A DNA stretch of 32,000 nucleotides, taken from NCBI RefSeq assembly GCF_000014785.1, contig NC_008340.1, forward strand, positions 1-32,000, written 5' to 3'. The notes below the pieces were generated by a model that had not been told where the DNA came from, searched no databases, and worked only from the letters and a program-made list of their open reading frames with translations. The position numbers and the translations under genes were made by a program. This document shows, piece after piece, positions 21,532-32,000 of the stretch. The DNA comes from Alkalilimnicola ehrlichii MLHE-1. GTDB taxonomy: Bacteria > Pseudomonadota > Gammaproteobacteria > Nitrococcales > Halorhodospiraceae. Each line of letters opens with the position of its first letter. The stretch's first letter is position 1.

Positions 21532-22685
21532 GGCTCATTCGCCGACGAGGGGGTCGGTGGCGGGTCGTCGCGCAGCAACAGCAGCCGGTTGACCGCCCGC
21601 AGCAACCGCCAGGCGCCCACCACCCCGGGGTCCACATCCACATGGGTGAGGCCGGTCACCAGCCGCAACTCGGCCTGCCCCCTGGGGGCGGCCTGCTTGA
21701 GGGCCTGGCTCTGGGTCCAGGGGATGACATCGTCGTCGCGGCCGTGGACCAGCAGCAGGTAGGCCTGAAGCCGGGACAGGTCCCGGTTGGCAAGATTCAG
21801 CGCTTTAATCTCGTCGCGGACGCCGTCGGGCAACGCCGCCAGCAGGTCCGGTACCCGATCCGGATCCCGGTTGGTGAGCAAGGCATAGACCGCGCGCCCG
21901 GGCGGTGACAGCCGCTCGGCCAGCGGCCCGGTCTCGGCCTCCGGGTCCGCCAGGCGCTCGCGGGCGATACGGTCGAGCAGGCGGCGGTCGTCGGCATCCG
22001 GCACCCGGTCCAGCTGGGTCAGCAGGACCACCCAGCGGCCCTCCACCCGGGGGATCTGGTAGCGCCGCTCGCCGTCCTCGGTGAAATAGCCGGTGGTGAC
22101 GTAGGTCAGGGTCTCCACCAGATCGTAGTAGCCGCCCACCCCGACGATCCAGCCGATGTGTGGCCGGCCGTCCTCCTCCAGCGCCGCCAGCACGGCGGTG
22201 GCGACGGAGAAGCTCATCGCGGCCACGCCCACCCCCTCGCCGTCGTCCCGCGCGTCCAGCCAGTGGGCGGCATCCACCACATCGCGGATGTTCTCCGGCG
22301 AGACGTCCATGCGGGTGAGGGTCTCCACCTCTGGGGCGAGGACGCGAAAACCGGCCCGGCTCAGCGTCTTGGCGAACTGCACCAGGCGCGGGTCCCGCCG
22401 GCCCGCCTCGGTGAAGCCGTGGACCAGCACCAGGTTGGAGCGGACCTCGTCGCCCGGGGTATAGAGGTCGGCCACCCGTGGCACCCCGGTGGGGCCGGTG
22501 TACTCGACGGTCTCTCGTTCCGGGGCCGGTCGGGTGCGTTTCCAGCGGCTGTCGGCCTCGCCGGCGCGGATATCGGCCAGGATCAGCCCCGCCTCGTAAT
22601 GGCGTTGCATGGCACCGCAGCCGGGGAGCGCAATGACTGCCGTCAGGGCAAGCACCAGAAACAGTGTGGGGTGCAGGGCATTCAT
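21528..22685 (-). CDS. Alpha/beta-hydrolase-fold putative lipoprotein
   Basis: ORF 21528-22703, with start preferred at ATG 22685 (MNALHPTLFLVLALTAVIALPGCGAM, lipobox-like LPGC); LVLVHGFTEAG, AAMSFSVATAV, LLVHGRDDDVIPW, THVDVDP; ATGA overlap with queE. Confidence 0.7.
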   Translation of the reverse strand: MNALHPTLFLVLALTAVIALPGCGAMQRHYEAGLILADIRAGEADSRWKRTRPAPERETVEYTGPTGVPRVADLYTPGDEVRSNLVLVHGFTEAGRRDPRLVQFAKTLSRAGFRVLAPEVETLTRMDVSPENIRDVVDAAHWLDARDDGEGVGVAAMSFSVATAVLAALEEDGRPHIGWIVGVGGYYDLVETLTYVTTGYFTEDGERRYQIPRVEGRWVVLLTQLDRVPDADDRRLLDRIARERLADPEAETGPLAERLSPPGRAVYALLTNRDPDRVPDLLAALPDGVRDEIKALNLANRDLSRLQAYLLLVHGRDDDVIPWTQSQALKQAAPRGQAELRLVTGLTHVDVDPGVVGAWRLLRAVNRLLLLRDDPPPTPSSANEP

Positions 22686-22747
22686 AGCTCGCAATGATGG
22701 CATAAATCGCCCGACCAGGCTCCCGGGCGGGCCCGGGTTCCGGACAC

Positions 22748-22782
22748 AAAAAACCCGCCGGCGGCAGGACCGTCGGCGGGTT
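22748..22782 (-). terminator. Rho-independent terminator of groESL
   Basis: Minus-strand reading AACCCGCCG...CGGCGGGTTTTTT (stem followed by T-run), about 30 bp past the groL stop. Confidence 0.85.
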
Positions 22783-22812
22783 CGGTTTGGGTCGGCCGGT
22801 GGGCCGGACGGC

Positions 22813-24489
<1,677 letters not shown>

Positions 24490-24516
24490 CTAAAACGGAA
24501 TTCGGCGGAAAGCGGT

Positions 24517-24804
24517 TTACTCGACGATGGCCATGACGTCGTCTTCGCGCATGACGAGCAGCTCCTCGCCATCGACCTTGACCTCGGTGCCGGCGAACTT
24601 GCCGAACAGCACCTTGTCGCCCACCTTCAGGTCCAGCGGGCGGGTCTCGCCGTTGTCCAGCAGCTTGCCGTTACCCACGGCCACCACCTCGCCCTTGATG
24701 GGCTTCTCGGCGGCGGAATCGGGGATGACGATGCCACCGGGGGAGGTGCGCTCCTCTTCCATGCGCTTGATGACCACGCGATCGTGCAGGGGACGAATGT
24801 TCAT
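24517..24804 (-). CDS. groS: Co-chaperonin GroES (10 kDa)
   Basis: 95-aa; [47 protein letters not shown]. Confidence 0.99.
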   Translation of the reverse strand: MNIRPLHDRVVIKRMEEERTSPGGIVIPDSAAEKPIKGEVVAVGNGKLLDNGETRPLDLKVGDKVLFGKFAGTEVKVDGEELLVMREDDVMAIVE

Positions 24805-24869
24805 GGGGCTGTTACTCCCTTATGCGTTTGCTGTCGTTCGTGTTTGGCGGTTTTGGAGAGAGGGCAGGG

Positions 24870-24896
24870 TTAGCACTCTCAAGTTGTGAGTGCTAA
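24870..24896. promoter_or_regulatory. CIRCE operator (HrcA binding site)
   Basis: TTAGCACTC-TCAAGTTGT-GAGTGCTAA, a perfect match to consensus TTAGCACTC-N9-GAGTGCTAA, upstream of groES. Confidence 0.96.
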
Positions 24897-24923
24897 TGAT
24901 AGTGACCGCCCCCCTCGAGTCAA
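24896..24923 (-). promoter_or_regulatory. Candidate sigma70 promoter of groESL
   Basis: Minus strand TTGACT (24923-24918), N16, TATCAT (24901-24896); -10 abuts CIRCE. Confidence 0.6.
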
Positions 24924-25023
24924 GAGCCGCTGTCGCGGCGCTGTCCTCTGAATGGGGTCGGCGGTGGTAGAATTCAAGGCCAGTCTCGCAATTCGGACAC
25001 CATAGAGCCCCGGAGGTGGCGAT

Positions 25024-25398
25024 ATGCCCGCCGAGCAGTACCTGGTTTACTGCACCTGCCCCGATGACGCCGTGGCGCGGGAACTGGCCGGCGCGCTGGT
25101 GGAGAGGCGCTTGGCCGCCTGCGTCAATATCGTGCCCGGACTGACTTCCGTGTTCTTTTGGGAGGGTGAGGCCCAGGCCGAGCCCGAGGTGCTACTGCTG
25201 ATCAAGACCTCGGCGGCCGCCTACCCGGCGCTGGAGCAGGCCATCCTGGAGCAGCACCCCTATGAACTTCCCGAGATTGTGGGGGTCCCTTTGGAAAAGG
25301 GCCTGCCCGGTTTCCTGCATTGGATCGCCATGGAAACCGCGGGCGGGGCCGGTGACAACGACGACCCCAAGGACCTGCCAGACCCCGATGTCCGCTAA
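25024..25398 (+). CDS. cutA: Divalent-cation tolerance protein CutA
   Basis: 124-aa; LVYCTCPDDAVARELAGALVERRLAACVNIVPGLTSVFFWEGE, VLLLIKTSAAAYPALEQAILEQHPYELPEIVGVPL. Confidence 0.94.
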   Translation: MPAEQYLVYCTCPDDAVARELAGALVERRLAACVNIVPGLTSVFFWEGEAQAEPEVLLLIKTSAAAYPALEQAILEQHPYELPEIVGVPLEKGLPGFLHWIAMETAGGAGDNDDPKDLPDPDVR

Positions 25399-25407
25399 GG
25401 AACGCCC

Positions 25408-27252
25408 ATGACCGCACTGGCCCGACCCCTGCCAGCGGCCACGCCGTTGCGCTGGCCGCTCTACTGGCTGCTGGTATTGCTGCTCGCCCTGCCTCTGTGG
25501 GGTGCGGATGCGCGCGCCAACCCGCTGGATCAACTGGGCGGGGGCCAGCAGCAAATCCTCCCCGCTGAGGAGGCCTTTCCCCTTTTTCTGGAGCGGATCG
25601 GCGAGCACCGCCTGCTGCTGACGGTGGATGTGGCCGAGGGCTACTACCTCTACCGTGAGAAGTTGGCGTTCGAGGTGCGTAACGGCGGCGTCGCGCTCAC
25701 CGACGTGGCCATACCCGAAGGCCGGGAGAAAGACGACCCCTTCTTCGGGCAAACCACCATCCTCCGCGGCGTGGCGCAGGTGCAACTGCAGTTCGACGGC
25801 CCGGTGCCCGACGATCTGCGTTTGGAGGTGGCCTACCGCGGTTGCGCCGATATCGGTGTCTGTTATCCACCGCTGACCGCCGATCTGGGGCTCGATGGGC
25901 AGGGCGCTATTGCCAGTGGTGTCGGCGGCGGTGGCGGCGGGACGGCCGGCGGCGCCGAGGGCCGGCTCTCCAGCCTGCTTCAGGACGGCAGCGCCTGGAT
26001 GATCCTCGGTGGCTTCTTCGTCGCCGGGCTGCTGCTGGCCTTCACCGCCTGTCTCTACCCCATGATCCCCATCCTCTCCGGGCTGATTGCCGGTGACAGC
26101 CAGCGCGGCAGCGGGCGGGCGCTGCTGCTCTCTTTCGTTTATGTCCAGAGTGTGGCCATTACCTATGCCCTTGCCGGGGCCGCGGCGGGCTTGACCGGCC
26201 GGGTGGTTCAGGCCGAGCTGCAGAATCTCTGGGTGTTGGGCGGGTTCTCATTGGTCCTGGTGTTGATGGCTATGGCCATGTTCGGCCTGTTCACCGTGCA
26301 GATGCCGGGTGTGCTCCAGAACCGACTGGACGCCCTGTCCCGCCGCCAGAAGGGCGGGCGGCTGCTGGGGGTGGCGGTCATGGGCATGCTCTCGGCGCTG
26401 ATTGTCGGGGCCTGCTCCGGCCCGGCACTCATCGCCGCGCTCAGTTTCATCGGTACCACCGGCGAGGTCGGTCTCGGGGCGCTGGCGCTCTACGTGATGG
26501 CGCTGGGCATGGGGCTGCCGCTGCTGCTCATTGGGACCGCCGCCGGCAAGTGGCTGCCGCGCTCCGGGGCCTGGATGGACGGCGTCCGCCAACTGTTCGG
26601 TTTCGTGCTGCTGGGCGTCGCCATCTGGATGATTGAGCGGTTGCTGAGCGATGCCTTTGCCCTCGCCCTCTGGGGCCTGCTGCTGATCGCCTTTGCCGTC
26701 TGGGTCGGCTGGCGTCTGCGCGGTGGCCGGCTGCTGTGGCGCTGGAGCGGCCGTGCAGTGGGGCTGGCGGCGCTGCTTTGGGGCGCCGCCGCCCTGGTGG
26801 GGGCCGGGACCGGCGCCCATCAGCTCAGCCAGCCCCTGGCGGGGCTGAGCGGGGAGTCCCGGACGGAACTTGCCTGGGTCGATGCGCACAGCCTGGACGA
26901 GTTGGATGCCCTGCGCGAGCAGGCGCAGGCCGAGGGCCGGCCGGTGATGCTCGATGTCACTGCCGATTGGTGTATCTACTGCCAACAGCTCAAGGACCGG
27001 ACCTTCCCTGACCCCGGCGTGCAGGCGGCGCTGAGCGATGCAAAGCTGGTGCGGGTGGATGTCACCGCCATGGACGATGCCGAGCGCGCGCTACTGGAGG
27101 CGCTGGGTGTTTTCCTGCCACCGGCCATCATCTTCTACCGCGCCGACGGCAGCGAGGCTCGCGGCCAGCGGGTCTCGGGTTTTCTCGGGGCCGAGGAGTT
27201 TCGGCAGCGGGTGGATGCCGCCCTGAACGGTGAGCCGGGGCCGCGGGGATGA
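25408..27252 (+). CDS. dsbD: Thiol:disulfide interchange protein DsbD
   Basis: 614-aa; signal peptide, DsbD-alpha domain (CADIGVCYPP), multi-TM core (FTACLYPMIPILSGLI, GACSGPALIAAL), C-terminal thioredoxin domain DVTADWCIYCQQLKDRTF. Confidence 0.93.
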   Translation: MTALARPLPAATPLRWPLYWLLVLLLALPLWGADARANPLDQLGGGQQQILPAEEAFPLFLERIGEHRLLLTVDVAEGYYLYREKLAFEVRNGGVALTDVAIPEGREKDDPFFGQTTILRGVAQVQLQFDGPVPDDLRLEVAYRGCADIGVCYPPLTADLGLDGQGAIASGVGGGGGGTAGGAEGRLSSLLQDGSAWMILGGFFVAGLLLAFTACLYPMIPILSGLIAGDSQRGSGRALLLSFVYVQSVAITYALAGAAAGLTGRVVQAELQNLWVLGGFSLVLVLMAMAMFGLFTVQMPGVLQNRLDALSRRQKGGRLLGVAVMGMLSALIVGACSGPALIAALSFIGTTGEVGLGALALYVMALGMGLPLLLIGTAAGKWLPRSGAWMDGVRQLFGFVLLGVAIWMIERLLSDAFALALWGLLLIAFAVWVGWRLRGGRLLWRWSGRAVGLAALLWGAAALVGAGTGAHQLSQPLAGLSGESRTELAWVDAHSLDELDALREQAQAEGRPVMLDVTADWCIYCQQLKDRTFPDPGVQAALSDAKLVRVDVTAMDDAERALLEALGVFLPPAIIFYRADGSEARGQRVSGFLGAEEFRQRVDAALNGEPGPRG

Positions 27253-27752
27253 CGCGCGCCCTGCTGTTTACGGTGGTCATCCTTCTCGGCGCGGTGGCCG
27301 GGGTCTTCGGCTATCAGGTCTGGGACCAGGACCGTCCTGAGCCGCGCCCGGATCTCACCCTGCCCGATCTCCAAGAGCAGCCGCGCAGCCTCTCGGAGTG
27401 GGATGGGCGGCTGATCGTATTGAATTTCTGGGCCACCTGGTGCCCGCCCTGCGTCGAGGAGATGCCGCTGTTCCAGCGCCTCCAGGACGAGTATGGTGAC
27501 CGGGGTTTACAGTTCATCGGGGTGGCGGTGGACCGGCCGGACGCCGTGGCCGAATTCGTCGCCGAGCACGACATCCGCTACCCCATCCTGTATGGCCGCC
27601 AGGCCGCCATGAGCGCCGGACAGGACTTTGGCAACCAGGCCGGGACCCTGCCCTGGACGGTGATCATCGACCGCGAAGGCCACATTCGCCACGTCTTCGA
27701 CCGGGAGGTGAGCCGTGAGCAGATCGAGCCGGTGCTGCTGGACCTGCTCTAA
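27249..27752 (+). CDS. TlpA/ResA-family thioredoxin-like thiol-disulfide oxidoreductase
   Basis: 167-aa; N-terminal signal/TM anchor; LIVLNFWATWCPPCVEEMPLFQRLQDEY; 4-nt overlap with dsbD. Confidence 0.9.
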   Translation: MTRALLFTVVILLGAVAGVFGYQVWDQDRPEPRPDLTLPDLQEQPRSLSEWDGRLIVLNFWATWCPPCVEEMPLFQRLQDEYGDRGLQFIGVAVDRPDAVAEFVAEHDIRYPILYGRQAAMSAGQDFGNQAGTLPWTVIIDREGHIRHVFDREVSREQIEPVLLDLL

Positions 27753-27879
27753 TCTGGGGTATTGATCCGCCGGCAACCTGCGGCCATTTTCTGCGAACTC
27801 GCGACGATCTGGACAACAACACGCGGATCCCGCAAAATCAGCGGCGATGTTGTCAGCCACCGCTTGGCGCCGGGGACTC

Positions 27880-28338
27880 ATGCCAGAACTGCTGCTCCTG
27901 AACGGACCCAACCTCAACCTGCTGGGCACACGCGAGCCGGGCATCTATGGCAGTGATACCCTGGCCGACATCGAACGGCGTCTGGGCGAGCAATGCGCCG
28001 GGGCCGGCGTGCGCTTCTCCGCCTTTCAGACCAACGCCGAGCACGCGCTCATCGACCGTATTCATCAGGCCGGCCGGGCCGGGGTGGACTTCATCCTGAT
28101 CAATCCCGGCGCCTGGACCCACACCAGCATTGCACTGCGTGACGCCCTGCTGGGCGTGGGCATCCCCTTTATCGAAATCCACATCTCCAACGTGCACGCC
28201 CGAGAGCCCTTCCGGCGCCAGTCCTACCTGGCCGACGTGGCCGTAGGGGTGATCTCCGGCCTCGGGGTGCACGGCTACGAACTGGCGCTGCAGGCCGCCC
28301 TGAAGCGGCTGGACGGCAGCCCAAGAGGACAGCACTGA
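27880..28338 (+). CDS. aroQ: 3-dehydroquinate dehydratase, type II
   Basis: Start at ATG 27880 ([24 protein letters not shown]); [50 protein letters not shown]-like stretch. Confidence 0.95.
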   Translation: MPELLLLNGPNLNLLGTREPGIYGSDTLADIERRLGEQCAGAGVRFSAFQTNAEHALIDRIHQAGRAGVDFILINPGAWTHTSIALRDALLGVGIPFIEIHISNVHAREPFRRQSYLADVAVGVISGLGVHGYELALQAALKRLDGSPRGQH

Positions 28339-28802
28339 TGGATATCCGAAAAGTCAAACGACTCATCGAGCTGCTGGAGGACTCCGGCGTCAACGAGATC
28401 GAGATCCACGAGGGCGAGGAGTCGGTACGCATCACCCGCGGCGCCCCGCCGCAGGCGCCGCAGACCTATACGGTGCCCGCGCCGCCCCCGGCCCCGTCGC
28501 CGGCGGACGGCCCGGCGGCACCGGCGGGCTCCGCCCCGGCGGAGACCGAGGCGGAAGCGAAAGTCGACGGGCACGAGGTCCGCTCCCCCATGGTGGGCAC
28601 CTTCTACCGCGCCCCCTCCCCGGGGGCCAAGGCCTTCGTGGAAGAGGGCGACAAGGTCAAGGCCGGCGACACCCTTTGCATCATCGAGGCCATGAAGATG
28701 CTCAACCAGATCGAGGCCGACCGCGACGGCGAGGTGGCCAAGGTGCTGGTGGAGAACGGCCAGCCGGTGGAGTTCGATCAGCCGTTGTTCATCATCAGGT
28801 AG
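28338..28802 (+). CDS. accB: Acetyl-CoA carboxylase biotin carboxyl carrier protein
   Basis: 154-aa; [32 protein letters not shown], Pro/Ala linker, biotinylation motif [15 protein letters not shown]. Confidence 0.98.
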   Translation: MDIRKVKRLIELLEDSGVNEIEIHEGEESVRITRGAPPQAPQTYTVPAPPPAPSPADGPAAPAGSAPAETEAEAKVDGHEVRSPMVGTFYRAPSPGAKAFVEEGDKVKAGDTLCIIEAMKMLNQIEADRDGEVAKVLVENGQPVEFDQPLFIIR

Positions 28803-28821
28803 TCGCCGCCCGGAGCCCTTC

Positions 28822-30165
28822 ATGCTGGAAAAGATCGTCATTGCCAATCGCGGCGAAATCGCCCTGCGGGTCCTGCGTGCCTGCCGTCAGCTCGGCATCC
28901 GCACGGTGGCCGTGCACTCGTCGGCCGATCGTGACCTCAAGCACGTGCGTCTGGCCGACGAGTCGGTCTGCATCGGGCCGCCCGCCTCCGCCGAGAGCTA
29001 CCTGAACATCCCGGCCATCATCAGCGCCGCCGAGGTCACGGACGCCATGGCCATCCACCCGGGCTATGGTTTTCTCTCCGAGAACGCCGACTTTGCCGAG
29101 CGGGTGGAGCAGTCCGGTTTCGTGTTCATCGGCCCAAAGGCGGAGACCATCCGTATCATGGGGGACAAGGTGGCCGCCATCCGCGCCATGCTGGCGGCGG
29201 ACATCCCCTGTGTCCCCGGCTCCGGCGGTCCGCTCACCGATGACGCCGATGCCAACCTGCGCATCGCCCGCGAGATCGGCTATCCGGTGCTGATCAAGGC
29301 CGCGGCCGGCGGCGGCGGCCGCGGCATGCGCGTGGTGCGCTCGGAGGCCGGGCTGCTGAATGCCATTTCCCTCACCCAGACCGAGGCCCAGTCCGCGTTC
29401 GGCGACAGCACCGTCTATATGGAGAAGTACCTGGACAACCCGCGCCACGTGGAGGTCCAGGTGCTGGCGGACGGTCAGGGCAACGCCATCTACCTGGGCG
29501 AGCGCGATTGCTCCATGCAGCGGCGCCATCAGAAGGTGGTCGAAGAGGCGCCCGCACCCGGGATCACCGAGGAGGAGCGCCGCTTCATCGGCGAGCGCTG
29601 CGCCGATGCCTGCCGCCAGATCAACTACCGGGGGGCAGGCACCTTCGAGTTCCTCTACCAGGACGGCGAGTTTTTCTTCATCGAGATGAACACCCGTCTG
29701 CAGGTGGAGCACCCGGTCACCGAGATGATCACCGGCGTGGACCTGGTCAAGGAGCAGATCCTGGTGGCCAGTGGCCAGCCGCTGCGTTACCGCCAGGAGG
29801 ACATCGAGATCCGCGGGCACGCGGTGGAGTGCCGGATCAACGCCGAGGATCCGCGCAGCTTCCTGCCCTCCCCGGGGACTATCGACCAGTACCATGCCCC
29901 GGGCGGGCCCGGGGTGCGGGTGGATTCGCACATCTACAGCGGGTACAAGGTGCCGCCCTACTACGACTCCATGATCGGCAAGCTGATCACCCATGGCGAG
30001 GACCGCGAGAGCGCCATCGCGCGCATGCGCACGGCCCTGTCCGAGGTGGTGATCAGCGGCATCAAGACCAACATCCCCCTGCACCAGGACATCATGGATG
30101 ACGCCGGCTTCCAGGCCGGGGGCATGAATATCCATTACCTGGAAAAGAAGCTGGGCCTGAGTTGA
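28822..30165 (+). CDS. accC: Acetyl-CoA carboxylase biotin carboxylase subunit
   Basis: 447-aa; [74 protein letters not shown]. Confidence 0.99.
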   Translation: MLEKIVIANRGEIALRVLRACRQLGIRTVAVHSSADRDLKHVRLADESVCIGPPASAESYLNIPAIISAAEVTDAMAIHPGYGFLSENADFAERVEQSGFVFIGPKAETIRIMGDKVAAIRAMLAADIPCVPGSGGPLTDDADANLRIAREIGYPVLIKAAAGGGGRGMRVVRSEAGLLNAISLTQTEAQSAFGDSTVYMEKYLDNPRHVEVQVLADGQGNAIYLGERDCSMQRRHQKVVEEAPAPGITEEERRFIGERCADACRQINYRGAGTFEFLYQDGEFFFIEMNTRLQVEHPVTEMITGVDLVKEQILVASGQPLRYRQEDIEIRGHAVECRINAEDPRSFLPSPGTIDQYHAPGGPGVRVDSHIYSGYKVPPYYDSMIGKLITHGEDRESAIARMRTALSEVVISGIKTNIPLHQDIMDDAGFQAGGMNIHYLEKKLGLS

Positions 30166-30212
30166 CGCGAGGCTCAGGCCGGTCATCTGGGCCGTCATTG
30201 AGAGGAGTAACC

Positions 30213-30788
30213 ATGGTTCGTAAGCTTTTAGTCGCCTGTCTGGCCCTCACCGCCGCCAGCGGTGTCTCGGCCCGGGAGCTGGACATCGGCCTCAGTGATG
30301 AGGTGGCGGAGATCAACTTCTCCATGCCGGCCGGTCAGCCCTTCCAGGCCAGCCAGGCCCGTTGGGGACTGGGCTTTCTGTACAACGACAACGATGACTA
30401 CGTGGCCACCGGCTCGCTGTCGGTCCGCGGTCACGCCCGTGAGGGGTACCGCCCGGTGCAGCTGGGCGCCGGGGTCAAGGCCTACGGCGGCCGGCTGGAC
30501 CGGCCCAGCAAATCCGTCGGCGCACTGGGTGTGGGCGCCTCGGCCCGGTTCGGTATCCCCACGGACATTCCCCTGGCGCTGATCCTCAGCGGCACGGTTG
30601 CACCGAAGATCACCACCTTCGGCGACGCCGATCGGGTCACCGATCTCACCGGGCGGCTGGAGGCACAGATCACCGAGGCGGCCAGCCTGTATGCCGGCTA
30701 TCGCTACCTGCGTTTCAACATGGAGCGCGGGTTGCGGGATGAGCGCGTGGCCGACGGCTTCCAGGTGGGGGTTAGCCTGCGCTTCTGA
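30213..30788 (+). CDS. YfaZ-like outer membrane protein
   Basis: Start at ATG 30213 (MVRKLLVACLALTAASGVSARELDIGLSDEVAEINFS); signal peptide, amphipathic beta-strand-like repeats, terminal aromatic residue (VSLRF). Confidence 0.65.
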   Translation: MVRKLLVACLALTAASGVSARELDIGLSDEVAEINFSMPAGQPFQASQARWGLGFLYNDNDDYVATGSLSVRGHAREGYRPVQLGAGVKAYGGRLDRPSKSVGALGVGASARFGIPTDIPLALILSGTVAPKITTFGDADRVTDLTGRLEAQITEAASLYAGYRYLRFNMERGLRDERVADGFQVGVSLRF

Positions 30789-30818
30789 GCACGAGCGGCT
30801 TTTCTGGCGGCGCCCGCC

Positions 30819-31628
30819 TCAGCCGCTGAGGAGCAGTGGACGCAGGAGGTTCAGGCCCAGCACGATCAGGAGCAGCGCGAAGGCGCGCTGCAGGATGTGT
30901 TGGGGTAACCGGTGCGCGAGCCGGGCGCCGAGCGGTGCGGTGAACAGGCTCATAGCGATGATCCCCAGGAAGGCGGGCCAATAGACATAGCCGATGGCCC
31001 TCTGCGGCAGGTCGGGATGACCGAACCCGGTTGCCATGAAGGCCGCCGCCCCCACCAGCGCGATGGGCAGCCCACAGGCGGCCGAGGTGCCCACCGCCTG
31101 GCGCATGGGTATCCCCAGGCGGGCCAGCAGCGGCACGGTCATCGCCCCGCCGGCGATCCCCAGCAGCGACGAGACCGCACCGATGGCCGAGCCGGCAGGC
31201 GCCAGGATGAGGGCGCTGGGCGTGGCCGGGCGAGGGCCGGGGCGCGGCCCTCGCCCGAAGGCGAGCTGAAGACCGAGCGCCAGCAGGAAGACCCCGAACG
31301 CCGCCTTGAGCAGTGCCCCGCTCATCTGGCCGGCGATCAGCGCCCCCAGCACGGAACCCAGGCACATCCCCGCCGCCAGGCGGAGGAACACCGGCACGAG
31401 CACTCCGCCGCGCCGCCAGTGGGAGCGGACCGAACTGATGGCCGTGAAGACGATGGTGGCCAGGGAGGTGCCCACCGCCATGTGCATGATCACCGATGCC
31501 GGCACCTCGCGCAGGGCGAACAGGGCTAGCAGCACCGGGACGATAATGACCCCACCGCCGATGCCGAACAGCCCCGACAGCAGACCGGCGACGGCGCCCG
31601 CGGCCAGGTAGACCAGGATATCAAGCAA
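30819..31628 (-). CDS. Sulfite exporter TauE/SafE (TSUP) family permease
   Basis: ORF 30819-31697, with likely start at TTG 31628 (preceded by GGGAGAG RBS-like sequence); YLAAGAVAGLLSGLFGIGGGVIIVPVLLALF and second half IGAVSSLLGIAGGAMTVPLLARLG, the TSUP duplicated glycine-rich motifs. Confidence 0.88.
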   Translation of the reverse strand: MLDILVYLAAGAVAGLLSGLFGIGGGVIIVPVLLALFALREVPASVIMHMAVGTSLATIVFTAISSVRSHWRRGGVLVPVFLRLAAGMCLGSVLGALIAGQMSGALLKAAFGVFLLALGLQLAFGRGPRPGPRPATPSALILAPAGSAIGAVSSLLGIAGGAMTVPLLARLGIPMRQAVGTSAACGLPIALVGAAAFMATGFGHPDLPQRAIGYVYWPAFLGIIAMSLFTAPLGARLAHRLPQHILQRAFALLLIVLGLNLLRPLLLSG

Positions 31629-31747
31629 CGTGTCTCTCCCGTTGGGGCGGTGCTTTTTCCCCCAGTCGCGGTGGCTTACAATGCCTGGATAAGCCACACC
31701 GTCTGCGAAAGCGTTTAACGATAACAGAAAGAGGCAGGGACCGACTC

Positions 31748-32000
31748 ATGGCCAAGCACACCATCTGTATCCTCGGCGGCTCCGGGTTCATCGGCACCAC
31801 CATCGCCGGGCGGCTCGGCCGCGACGGTCACCGGGTGATCGTGCCCACCCGCCACCGCGAGCGCAGCCGCCACTTGCTGCCGGTGCCCAATGTCGAGGTG
31901 GTGGAGCTGAACGTCAACGACGAGGACGCGCTGGTCGAGGCCTTCCAGGACTGCACCGCGGTCATCAACCTGGTGGGTATCCTCAACGAGCTCTCCGGTC
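31748..32000 (+). CDS. NAD(P)-dependent epimerase/SDR, NDUFA9-like (partial, runs off window)
   Basis: My translation from ATG 31748: MAKHTICILGGSGFIGTTIAGRLGRDGHRVIVPTRHRERSRHLLPVPNVEVVELNVNDEDALVEAFQDCTAVINLVGILNE; Rossmann GGSGFIG and NLVGIL motif. Confidence 0.85.
   Translation, partial: MAKHTICILGGSGFIGTTIAGRLGRDGHRVIVPTRHRERSRHLLPVPNVEVVELNVNDEDALVEAFQDCTAVINLVGILNELSG

Noticed and set aside
27753-27879. 127-bp gap before aroQ with weak GACAACA/TGTTGTC inverted repeat
   Set aside because: Short arms with a ~30-nt separation; likely chance. Could hold the aroQ-accBC promoter but I found no convincing boxes.
28795-30198. 467-aa minus-strand ORF
   Set aside because: Antisense shadow of accC.

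Overview
This 32 kb window looks like the replication-origin region of a high-GC gammaproteobacterial chromosome. The style suggests a haloalkaliphilic Ectothiorhodospiraceae-like organism, but that is an inference, not a measurement. Gene order: dnaA-dnaN-recF-gyrB(+); a trehalose cluster otsB-GH15-otsA-glk(+); plsC-like/gmhB/glyS/glyQ(-); glnA, DUF4124, glnL(ntrB), glnG(ntrC)(+); queE and an alpha/beta-hydrolase lipoprotein(-); groL-groES(-) behind a perfect CIRCE operator; cutA-dsbD-tlpA-like-aroQ-accB-accC-yfaZ-like(+); a TSUP permease(-); and the start of an NDUFA9-like SDR(+). Almost all of it is conserved housekeeping sequence. I see no CRISPR array, mobile element or clearly novel protein system. 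The signals most worth a second look are non-coding or embedded: (i) two identical 16-bp parS-like palindromes inside recF; (ii) an oriC-like dnaA-dnaN spacer with several DnaA boxes; (iii) an enteric-like nitrogen-control architecture, with paired NtrC-like sites plus a sigma54-like promoter at glnA and a single NtrC-like palindrome touching a TATAAT box upstream of glnLG; (iv) a ~210-bp nested inverted-repeat element between the convergent glnG and queE genes; (v) the trehalose synthesis/GH15/glucokinase cluster.
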